This document shows positions 1 to 13,320 of a stretch of 64,000 nt of DNA, piece after piece. Below the pieces are notes generated by a model. That model did no database searches. It was not told the origin of the DNA and saw only the letters and a program-made list of their open reading frames with translations. A program made the translations under genes and the position numbers. Numbering within the stretch: the first letter of the stretch is position 1; every line of letters starts with the position of its first letter. The DNA comes from Eledone cirrhosa (lineage: Eukaryota), in assembly GCA_964016885.1 (NCBI GenBank), contig OZ024743.1, forward strand, positions 374,666,001-374,730,000, given 5' to 3'.

Positions 1-72
1 CATAGTCAATATACATCACATCTCTGTCTACAATAGACACTGCTACGTCATAGTCAATATACATCACATCTC

Positions 73-90
73 TGTCTACAACAATAGACA
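73..90. other. Per-monomer inverted repeat TGTCTA-CAACAA-TAGACA (representative copy; present in T-allele monomers)
   Basis: TGTCTA (73-78) is the exact reverse complement of TAGACA (85-90), with a 6-nt loop. The symmetry is directly visible; structure formation is not demonstrated. Confidence 0.85.
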
Positions 91-3000
91 CTGCTACGTC
101 ATAGTCAATATACATCATAACTCTGTCCACAACAATAGACACTGCTACGTCATAGTCAATATACATCACATCTCTGTCTACAACAATAGACACTGCTACG
201 TCATAGTCAATATACATCACATCTCTGTCTACAACAATAGACACTGCTACGTCATAGTCAATATACATCACATCTCTGTCTACAACAATAGACAATGCTA
301 CGTCATAGTCAATATACATCACATCTCTGTCTACAACAATAGACAATGCTTCGTCATAGTCAATATATATCACAGCTCTGTCTACAACAATAGACAATGC
401 TACGTCATAGTCAATATACATCACATCTCTGTCTACAATAGACACTGCTACGTCATAGTCAATATACATCACATCTCTGTCCACAACAATAGACACTGCT
501 ACGTCATAGTCAATATACATCACATCTCTGTCTACAACAATAGACAATGCTTCGTCATAGTCAATATATATCACAGCTCTGTCTACAACAATAGACAATG
601 CTACGTCATAGTCAATATACATCACATCTCTGTCTACAATAGACACTGCTACGTCATAGTCAATATACATCACATCTCTGTCTACAACAATAGACACTGC
701 TACGTCATAGTCAATATACATCACATCTCTGTCTACAACAATAGACACTGCTACGTCATAGTCAATATACATCACATCTCTGTCTGTGTGTCTACAACAA
801 TAGACACTGCTACGTCATAGTCAATATACATCACATCACTGTCTGTGTGTCTACAACAATAGACACTGCTACGTCATAGTCAATATACATCACATCACTT
901 TCTACAACAATAGACACTGCTACGTCATAGTCAATATACATCACATCTCTGTCTACAACAATAGACACAGCTACGTCATAGTCAATATACATCACATCTC
1001 TGTCTACAACAATAGACACTGCTACGTCATAGTCAATATACATCACATCTCTGTCTACAATAGACACTGCTACGTCATAGTCAATATACATCACATCTCT
1101 GTCTACAACAATAGACACTGCTACGTCATAGTCAATATACATCACATCTCTGTCTACAACAATAGACACTGCTACGTCATAGTCAATATACATCACATCT
1201 CTGTCTACAACAATAGACACTGCTACGTCATAGTCAATATACATCACATCTCTGTCTACAACTATAGACAATGCTACGTCATAGTCAATATACATCACAT
1301 CTCTGTCTACAACAATAGACACTACTTCGTCATAGTCAATATACATCACATCTCTGTCTACAACAATAGACACTGCTACGTCATAGTCAATATACATCAC
1401 ATCTCTGTCCACAACAATAGACACTGCTACGTCATAGTCAATTTACATCACATCTCTCTCTACAACAATAGACACTGCTACGTCATAGTCAATTTACATC
1501 ACATCTCTCTCTACAACAATAGACACTGCTACGTCATAGTCAATATACATCACATCTCTGTCTACAACAATAGACACTACTTCGTCATAGTCAATATACA
1601 TCACATCTCTGTCTACAACAATAGACACTACTTCGTCATAGTCAATTTACATCACATCTCTCTCTACAACAATAGACACTGATACGTCATAGTCAATATA
1701 CATCACATCTGCGTCTACAACAATAGACACTGCTACGTCATAGTCAATATACATCACATCTGCGTCTACGAAAATAGACACTACTACGTCATAGTCAATA
1801 TACATCACATCTCTGTCCACAACAATAGACACTGCTACGTCGTAGTCAATATACATCACATCTCTGTCCACAACAATAGACACTGCTACGTCGTAGTCAA
1901 TATACATCACATCTCTGTCCACAACAATAGACACTGCTACGTCATAGTCAATATACATCACATCTCTGTCTACAACAATAGACACTGCTACGTCATAGTC
2001 AATATACATCACATCTCTGTCCACAACAATAGACACTGCTACGTCATAGTCAATATACGTCACATCTCTGTCTACAACAATAGACACTGCTACGTCATAG
2101 TCAATATACGTCACATCTCTGTCTACAACAATAGACACTGCTACGTCATAGTCAATATACGTCACATCTCTGTCTACAACAATAGACACTGCTACGTCAT
2201 AGTCAATATACATCACATCTCTGTCCACAACAATAGACACTGCTACGTCATAGTCAATATACATCACATCTCTGTCCACAACAATAGACACTGCTACGTC
2301 ATAGTCAATATACGTCACATCTCTGTCTACAACAATAGACACTGCTACGTCATAGTCAATATACATCACATCTCTGTCTACAACAATAGACACTGCTACG
2401 TCATAGTCAATATACGTCACATCTCTGTCCACAACAATAGACACTGCTACGTCATAGTCAATATACATCACATCTCAGTCTACAACAATAGTCACTGCTA
2501 CGTCATAGTCAATATACATCACATCTCTGTCCACAACAATAGACACTGCTACGTCATAGTCAATATACATCACATCTCTGTCTACAACAATAGACACTGC
2601 TACGTCATAGTGAATATACATAACATCTCTGTCTACAACAATAGATACTGCTACGTCATAGTCAGTATACATCACATCTCTGTCTACAACAATAGACACT
2701 GATATATCATACTCAATATACATCACATCTCTGACCACAACAATAGACACTGCTACGTCATAGTCAATTTACATCACATCTCTGTCCACAACAATAGATA
2801 CTGCTCCGTCTTATTCAATATACATCACATCTCTGTCTACAACAATAGACAATGCTACGTCATAGTCAATATACATCACATCTCTGTCTACAACAATAGA
2901 CACTGCTACATCATAGTCAATATACATCACATCTCTGTCTACAATAGACACTGCTACGTCATATTCAATATACATCACATCTCTGTCTACAACAATAGAC

Positions 3001-6000
3001 ACTGCTACGTCATAGTCAATATACATCACATCTCAGTCTACAACAATAGTCACTGCTACGTCATAGTCAATATACATCACATCTCTGTCCACAACAATAG
3101 ACACTGCTACGTCATAGTCAATTTACATCACATCTCTGTCTACAACAATAGACACTGCTACGTCATAGTCAATTTACATCACATCTCTGTCCACAACAAT
3201 AGACACTGTTACGTCATAGTCAATATACATCACATCTCTGTCTACAACAAAAGACACTGCTACGCCATAGTCAATATACATCATATCTCTGTCTACAACA
3301 ATAGACACTGCTACGTCATAGTCAATATACATCATAACTCTGTCCACAACAATAGACACTGCTACGTCATAGTCAATATACATCACATCTCTGTCTACAA
3401 CAATAGACACTGCTACGTCATAGTCAATATACATCATAACTCTGTCCACAACAATAGACACTGCTACGTCATAGTCAATATACATCACATCTCTGTCTAC
3501 AACAATAGACACTGCTACGTCATAGTCAATATACATCACATCTCTCTCTACAACAATAGACACTGCTACGTCATAGTCAATATACATCACATCTCTGTCT
3601 ACAACAATAGACAATGCTACGTCATAGTCAATATACATCACATCTCTGTCTACAATAGACACTGCTACGTCATAGTCAATATACATCACATCTCTGTCTA
3701 CAACAATAGACACTGCTACGTCATAGTCAATATACATCATAACTCTGTCCACAACAATAGACACTGCTACGTCATAGTCAATATACATCACATCTCTGTC
3801 TACAACAATAGACACTGCTACGTCATAGTCAATATACATCACATCTCTGTCTACAACAATAGACACTGCTACGTCATAGTCAATATACATCACATCTCTG
3901 TCTACAACAATAGACAATGCTACGTCATAGTCAATATACATCACATCTCTGTCTACAACAATAGACAATGCTTCGTCATAGTCAATATATATCACAGCTC
4001 TGTCTACAACAATAGACAATGCTACGTCATAGTCAATATACATCACATCTCTGTCTACAATAGACACTGCTACGTCATAGTCAATATACATCACATCTCT
4101 GTCTACAACAATAGACACTGCTACGTCATAGTCAATATACATCACATCTCTGTCTACAACTATAGACAATGCTACGTCATAGTCAATATACATCACATCT
4201 CTGTCTACAACAATAGACACTACTTCGTCATAGTCAATATACATCACATCTCTGTCTACAACAATAGACACTGCTACGTCATAGTCAATATACATCACAT
4301 CTCTGTCCACAACAATAGACACTGCTACGTCATAGTCAATTTACATCACATCTCTCTCTACAACAATAGACACTGCTACGTCATAGTCAATATACATCAC
4401 ATCTCTGTTCACAACAATAGACACTGATACGTCATAGTCAATATACATCACATCTGCGTCTACAACAATAGACACTGCTACGTCATAGTCAATATACATC
4501 ACACCTCTGTCTACGAAAATAGACACTACTACGTCATAGTCAATATACATCACATCTCTGTCCACAACAATAGACACTGCTACGTCGTAGTCAATATACA
4601 TCACATCTCTGTCCACAACAATAGACACTGCTACGTCATAGTCAATATACATCACATCTCTGTCTACAACAATAGACACTACTTCGTCATAGTCAATATA
4701 CTTCACATCTTTGTCCACAATAATAGACACTGCTACTTCATAGTCAATATACATCACATCTCTGTCTACAACAATAGACACTGCTACGTCATAGTCAATA
4801 TACATCACATCTCAGTCTACAACAATAGTCACTGCTACGTCATAGTCAATATACATCACATCTCTGTCCACAACAATAGACACTGCTACGTCATAGTCAA
4901 TATACATCACATCTCTGTCTACAACAATAGACACTGCTACGTCATAGTGAATATACATAACATCTCTGTCTACAACAATAGATACTGCTACGTCATAGTC
5001 AATATACATCACATCTCTGTCTACAACAATAGACACTGCTATATCATACTCAATATAAATCACATCTCTGACCACAACAATAGACACTGCTACGTCATAG
5101 TCAATTTACATCACATCTCTGTCCACAACAATAGATACTGCTACGTCTTATTCAATATACATCACATCTCTGTCTACAACAATAGACAATGCTACGTCAT
5201 AGTCAATATACATCACATCTCTGTCTACAACAATAGACACTGCTACATCATAGTCAATATACATCACATCTCTGTCTACAATAGACACTGCTACGTCATA
5301 TTCAATATACATCACATCTCTGTCTACAACAATAGACATGGCTACGTCATTGTCAATATACATCACATCTCTGTCTACAACAATAGACACTGCTAGGTCA
5401 TAGTCAATATACATCACATCTCTGTCTACAACAATAGACACTGCTACGTCATAGTCAATATACATCACATCTCTGTCTACAACAATACACACTGCTACGT
5501 AATAGTCAATATACATCACATCTCTGTCTACAATAGACACTGCTACGTCATAGTCAATATACATCACATCTCTGTCCACAACAATAGACACTGCTACGTC
5601 ATAGTCAATATACATCACATCTCTGTCTACAACAATAGACACTGCTACGTCATAGTCAATATACATCACATCTCTGTCTACAACAATAGACACTGCTACG
5701 TCATAGTCAATATACATCACATCTCTGTCTACGGCAATAGACAATGCTACATCATAGTCAATATACATCACTTCTCTGTCTACAACAATAGACACTGATA
5801 CGTCATAGTCAATATACATCACATCTCTGTCTGTGTGTCTACAACAATAGACACTGCTACGTCATAGTCAATATACATCACATCTCTGTCCACAACAATA
5901 GACACTGCTACGTCATAGTCAATATACATCACATCTCTGTCTACAACAATAGACAATGCTACGTCATAGTCAATATACATCACATCTCTGTCTACAACAA

Positions 6001-8699
6001 TAGACAATGCTACGTCATAGTCAATATACATCACATCTCTGTCCACAACAATAGACACTGCTACGTCATAGTCAATATACATCACATCTCTGTCTACAAC
6101 AATAGACAATGCTACGTCATAGTCAATATACATCACATCTCTGTCTACAACAATAGACACTGCTACGTCATAGTCAATATACATCACATCTCTGTCTACA
6201 ACAATAGACAATGCTACGTCATAGTCAATATACATCACATCTCTGTCTACAAAAATAGACACTGCTACGTCATAGTCAATATACATCACATCTCCGTCTG
6301 TGTGTCTACAACAATAGACACTGTTACGTCATAGTCAATATACATCTCATCTCTGTTTACAACAATAGACACTGCTACGTCAAAGTCAATATACATCACA
6401 TCTCTGTCTACAACAATAGACACTGATACGTCATAGTCAATATACATCACATCTCTGTCCACAACAATAGACACTGCTACGTCATAGTCAATATACATCA
6501 CATCTCTCTCTACAACAATAGACACTGCTACGTCATAGTCAATATACATCACATCTCTGTCTACAACAATAGACACTGCTACGTCATAGTCAATATACAT
6601 CACATCTCTGTCTGTGTGTCTACAACAAGAGACACTGCTACGTCATAGTCAATATACATCACATCTCTGTCCACAACAATAGACACTGGTACGTCATAGT
6701 CAATATACATCACATCTCTGTCTACAACAATAGACACTGCTACGTCATAGTCAATATACATCACATCTCTGTCTACAACAATAGACACTGCTACGTCATA
6801 GTCAATATACATCACATCTCTGTCTGTGTGTCTACAACAATAGACACTGCTACGTCATAGTCAATATACATCACATCACTGTCTGTGTGTCTACAACAAT
6901 AGACACTGCTACGTCATAGTCAATATACATCACATCACTGTCTACAACAATAGACACTGCTACGTCATAGTCAATATACATCACATCTCTGTCTACAACA
7001 ATAGACACTGCTACGTCATAGTCAATATACATCACATCTCTGTCTACAACAATAGACACTGCTACGTCATAGTCAATATACATCACATCTCTGTCTACAA
7101 CAATAGACACTGCTACATCATAGTCAATATACGTCACATCTCTGTCCACAACAATGGACACTGCTACGTCATAGTCAATATACATCACATCTCTGTCCAC
7201 AACAATAGACACTGCTACGTCATAGTCAATATACATCACATCTCTGTCTACAATAGACACTGCTACGTCATAGTCAATATACATCACGTCTCTGTCTACA
7301 ACAATAGACACTGCTACGTCATAGTCAATATACATCACATCTCTGTCTACAACAATAGACACTACTTCGTCATAGTCAATATACATCACATCTTTGACCA
7401 CAATAATAGACACTGCTACTTCACAGTCAATATACATCACATCTCTGTCTACAATAATAGACACTGCTACTTCACAGTCAATATACATCACATCTCTGTC
7501 TACAACAATAGATACTGCTACGTCATAGTCAATATACATCACATCTCTGTCTACAGCAATAGACACTGCTACGTCATACTCAATATACATCACATCTCTT
7601 ACCACAACAATAGACACTGCTACGTCATAGTCAATTTACATCACATGTCTGTCTACAACAATAGACACTGCTACGTCATAGTCAATATACATCACATCTC
7701 TGTCTACAACAATAGACACTGCTACGTCATAGTCAATATACATCACATCTCTGTCTACAACAATAGACACTGCTACGTCATAGTCAATATACATCACATC
7801 TCTGTCTGTGTGTCTACAACAATAGACACTGCTACGTCATAGTTAATATACATCACATCACTGTCTGTGTGTCTACAACAATAGACACTGCTACGTCATA
7901 GTCAATATACATCACATCACTGTCTACAACAATAGACACTGCTACGTCATAGTCAATATACATCACATCTCTGTCTACAGCAATAGACACTGCTACGTCA
8001 TACTCAATATACATCACATCTCTTACCACAACAATAGACACTGCTACGTCATAGTCAATTTACATCACATGTCTGTCTACAACAATAGACACTGCTACGT
8101 CATAGTCAATATACATCACATCTCTGTCCACAACAATAGATACTGCTACGTCTTATTCAATATACATCACATCTCTGTCTACAACAATAGACACTGCTAC
8201 GTCATAGTCAATATACATCACATCTCTGTCTACAACAATAGACACTGCTACATCATAGTCAATATACATCACATCTCTGTCTACAATAGACACTGCTACG
8301 TCATAGTCAATATACATCACATCTCTGTCTACAACAATAGACATTGCTACGTCATAGTCAATATACATCACATCTCTGTCTACAACAATAGACACTGCTA
8401 TGTCATTGTCAATTTACATCACTTCTCTGTCCACAACAATAGACACTGTTACGTCATAGTCAATATACATCACATCTCTGTCTACAACAATAGACACTGC
8501 TACGCCATAGTCAATATACATCATATCTCTGTCTACAACAATAGACACTGCTACGTCATAGTCAATATACATCACATCTCTGTCTACAACAATAGACACT
8601 GCTACGTCATTGTCAATATACATCACATCTCTGTCTGTGTGTCTACAACAATAGACACTGCTACGTCATAGTCAATATACATCACATCACTGTCTACAA

Positions 8700-11600
8700 C
8701 AATAGACACTGCTACGTCATAGTCAATATACATCACATCTCTGTCTACAACAATAGACACTGCTACGTCATAGTCAATATACATCACATCTCTGTCTACA
8801 ACAATAGACAATGCTACGTCATAGTCAATATACATCACTTCTCTGTCTACAACAATAGACAATGCTACGTCATAGTCAATATATATCACATCTCCGTCTA
8901 CAACAATAGACAATGCTACGTCATAGTCAATATACATCACATCTCTGTCTACAACAATAGACACTGCTACGTCATAGTCAATATACATCACATCTCCGTC
9001 TGTGTGTCTACAACAATAGACACTTCTACGTCATAGTCAATATACCTCATATCTCTGTCTACAACAATAGACACTGCTACGTCAAAGTCAATATACATCA
9101 CATCTCTGTCTACAACAATAGACACTGATACGTCATAGTCAATATACATCACATCTCTGTTTGTGTGTCTACAACAATAGACACTGCTACGTCATAGTCA
9201 ATATACATCACATCTCTGTCCACAACAATAGACACTGCTACGTCATAGTCAATATACATCACATCTCTGTCTACAACAATAGACACTGCTACGTCATAGT
9301 CAATATACATCACATCTCTGTCTACAACAATAGACACTGCTACGTCATAGTCAATATACATCACATCTCTGTCTGTGTGTCTACAACAATAGACACTGCT
9401 ACGTCATAGTCAATATACATCACATCACTGTCTGTGTGTCTACAACAATAGACACTGCTACGTCATAGTCAATATACATCACATCACTGTCTACAACAAT
9501 AGACACTGCTACGTCATAGTCAATATACATCACATCTCTGTCTACAACAATAGACACTGCTACGTCATAGTCAATATACATCACATCTCTGTCTACAACA
9601 ATAGTCACTGCTACGTCATAGTCAATTTACATCACATCTCTGTCTACAACAATAGACACTGCTACGTCATAGTCAATATACATCACATCTCTGTCCACAA
9701 CAATAGACACTGCTACGTCATAGTCAATGTACATCACATCTGTGTCTGCAACAATAGACACTGCTACGTCATAGTCAATATACATCACACCTCTGTCTAC
9801 AAAAATAGACACTACTACGTCATAGTCAATATACATCACATCTCTGTCCACAACAATAGACACTGCTACGTCATAGTCAATATACATCAATTCTCTGTCC
9901 ACAACAATAGACACTGCTACGTCATAATCAATATACATCACATCTCTGTCTACAACAATAGACACTACTTCGTCATAGTCAATATACGTCACATCTCTGT
10001 CTACAACAATAGACACTGCTACGTCATAGTCAATATACATCACATCACTTTCTACAACAATAGACACTGCTACGTCATAGTCAATATACATCACATCTCT
10101 GTCTACAACAATAGACACTGCTACGTCATAGTCAATATACGTCACATCTCTGTCCACAACAATAGACACTGCTACGTCATAGTCATTATACATCACATCT
10201 CTGTCTACAACAATAGACACTGCTACGTCATAGTGAATATACATCACATCTCTGTCTACAACAATAGATACTGCTACGTCATAGTCAATATATATCACAT
10301 CTCTGTCTACAACAATAGACACTGCTACGTCATAGTCATTATACATCACATCTCTGTCCACAACAATAGACACTGCTACGTCATAGTCAATTTACATCAC
10401 ATGTCTGTCTACAACAATAGACACTGCTACGTCATAGTCAATATACATCACATCTCTGTCTACAACAATAGACACTGCTACGTCATAGTCAATATACATC
10501 ACATCTCTGTCTACAACAATAGACAATGCTACGTCATAGTCAATATACATCACTTCTCTGTCTACAACAATAGACAATGCTACGTCATAGTCAATATATA
10601 TCACATCTCTGTCTACAACAATAGACAATGCTACGTCATAGTCAATATACATCACATCTCTGTCTACAACAATAGACACTGCTACGTCATAGTCAATATA
10701 CATCACATCTCTGTCTACAACAATAGACAATGCTACGTCATAGTCAATATACATCACTTCTCTGTCTACAACAATAGACAATGCTACGTCATAGTCAATA
10801 TATATCACATCTCTGTCTACAACAATAGACAATGCTACGTCATAGTCAATATACATCACATCTCTGTCTACAACAATAGACACTGCTACGTCATAGTCAA
10901 TATACATCACATCTCCGTCTGTGTGTCTACAACAATAGACACTGCTACGTCATAGTCAATATACCTCATATCTCTGTCTACAACAATAGACACTGCTACG
11001 TCAAAGTCAATATACATCACATCTCTGTCTACAACAATAGACACTGATACGTCATAGTCAATATACATCACATCTCTGTTTGTGTGTCTACAACAATAGA
11101 CACTGCTACGTCATAGTCAATATACATCACATCTCTGTCCACAACAATAGACACTGCTACGTCATAGTCAATATACATCACATCTCTGTCTACAACAATA
11201 GACACTGCTACGTCATAGTCAATATACATCACATCTCTGTCTACAACAATAGACACTGCTACGTCATAGTCAATATACATCACATCTCTGTCTGTGTGTC
11301 TACAACAATAGACACTGCTACGTCATAGTCAATATACATCACATCACTGTCTGTGTGTCTACAACAATAGACACTGCTACGTCATAGTCAATATACATCA
11401 CATCACTGTCTACAACAATAGACACTGCTACGTCATAGTCAATATACATCACATCTCTGTCTACAACAATAGACACTGCTACGTCATAGTCAATATACAT
11501 CACATCTCTGTCTACAACAATAGTCACTGCTACGTCATAGTCAATTTACATCACATCTCTGTCTACAACAATAGACACTGCTACGTCATAGTCAATATAC

Positions 11601-13320
11601 ATCACATCTCTGTCCACAACAATAGACACTGCTACGTCATAGTCAATGTACATCACATCTGTGTCTGCAACAATAGACACTGCTACGTCATAGTCAATAT
11701 ACATCACACCTCTGTCTACAAAAATAGACACTACTACGTCATAGTCAATATACATCACATCTCTGTCCACAACAATAGACACTGCTACGTCATAGTCAAT
11801 ATACATCAATTCTCTGTCCACAACAATAGACACTGCTACGTCATAATCAATATACATCACATCTCCGTCTACAACAATAGACACTACTTCGTCATAGTCA
11901 ATATACATCACATCTCTGTCCACAACAATAGACACTGCTACGTCATAGTCAATATACATCACATCTCTGTCTACAATAAAAGACACTGCTACGTCATAGT
12001 CAATATACATCACATCTCTGTCTACAACAATAGACACTGCTACGTCATAGTCAATATACGTCACATCTCTGTCTACAACAATAGACACTGCTACGTCATA
12101 GTCAATATACATCACATCACTTTCTACAACAATAGACACTGCTACGTCATAGTCAATATACATCACATCTCTGTCTACAACAATAGACACTGCTACGTCA
12201 TAGTCAATATACGTCACATCTCTGTCCACAACAATAGACACTGCTACGTCATAGTCATTATACATCACATCTCTGTCTACAACAATAGACACTGCTACGT
12301 CATAGTGAATATACATCACATCTCTGTCTACAACAATAGATACTGCTACGTCATAGTCAATATATATCACATCTCTGTCTACAACAATAGACACTGCTAC
12401 GTCATAGTCATTATACATCACATCTCTGTCCACAACAATAGACACTGCTACGTCATAGTCAATTTACATCACATGTCTGTCTACAACAATAGACACTGCT
12501 ACGTCATAGTCAATATACATCACATCTCTGTCTACAACAATAGACACTGCTACGTCATAGTCAATATACATCACATCTCTGTCTACAACAATAGACAATG
12601 CTACGTCATAGTCAATATACATCACTTCTCTGTCTACAACAATAGACAATGCTACGTCATAGTCAATATATATCACATCTCTGTCTACAACAATAGACAA
12701 TGCTACGTCATAGTCAATATACATCACATCTCTGTCTACAACAATAGACACTGCTACGTCATAGTCAATATACATCACATCTCCGTCTGTGTGTCTACAA
12801 CAATAGACACTGCTACGTCATAGTCAATATACCTCATATCTCTGTCTACAACAATAGACACTGCTACGTCAAAGTCAATATACATCACATCTCTGTCTAC
12901 AACAATAGACACTGATACGTCATAGTCAATATACATCACATCTCTGTCTGTGTGTCTACAACAATAGACACTGCTACGTCATAGTCAATATACATCACAT
13001 CTCTGTCCACAACAATAGACACTGCTACGTCATAGTCAATATACATCACATCTCTGTCTACAACAATAGACACTGCTACGTCATAGTCAATATACATCAC
13101 ATCTCTGTCTACAACAATAGACACTGCTACGTCATAGTCAATATACATCACATCTCTGTCTGTGTGTCTACAACAATAGACACTGCTACGTCATAGTCAA
13201 TATACATCACATCACTGTCTGTGTGTCTACAACAATAGACACTGCTACGTCATAGTCAATATACATCACATCACTGTCTACAACAATAGACACTGCTACG
13301 TCATAGTCAATATACATCAC
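8700..13320. repeat. About 1.9-kb higher-order unit, two full copies plus a partial third
   Basis: The marker series TCTCCGTCTGTGTGTC / ACCTCATATC / GTCAAAGTC / CTGATACG recurs at about 8995, 10914 and 12782 (offsets 1919 and 1868). ORF-track pairs 9149/11068/12936 and 9420/11339/13207 give the same offsets. Confidence 0.85.

Larger units (their letters stand above)
1..13320. repeat. Left sub-family domain of the satellite
   Basis: The TGTCTA allele predominates, GACAATGC variants are frequent, and 59-bp monomers are dense (about 23 in the first 14 kb). The triad '59-mer / 59-mer with CATCACT / 51-mer with CATCACT' occurs at about 785, 6825, 7805, 9372, 11292 and 13160 and not afterwards. 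Confidence 0.75.

Noticed and set aside
73-90. Rho-independent terminator, tRNA-derived or structured ncRNA interpretation of the hairpin
   Set aside because: The stem is only 6 bp and AT-rich, with no U-tract, cloverleaf or recognisable polymerase III A/B boxes.
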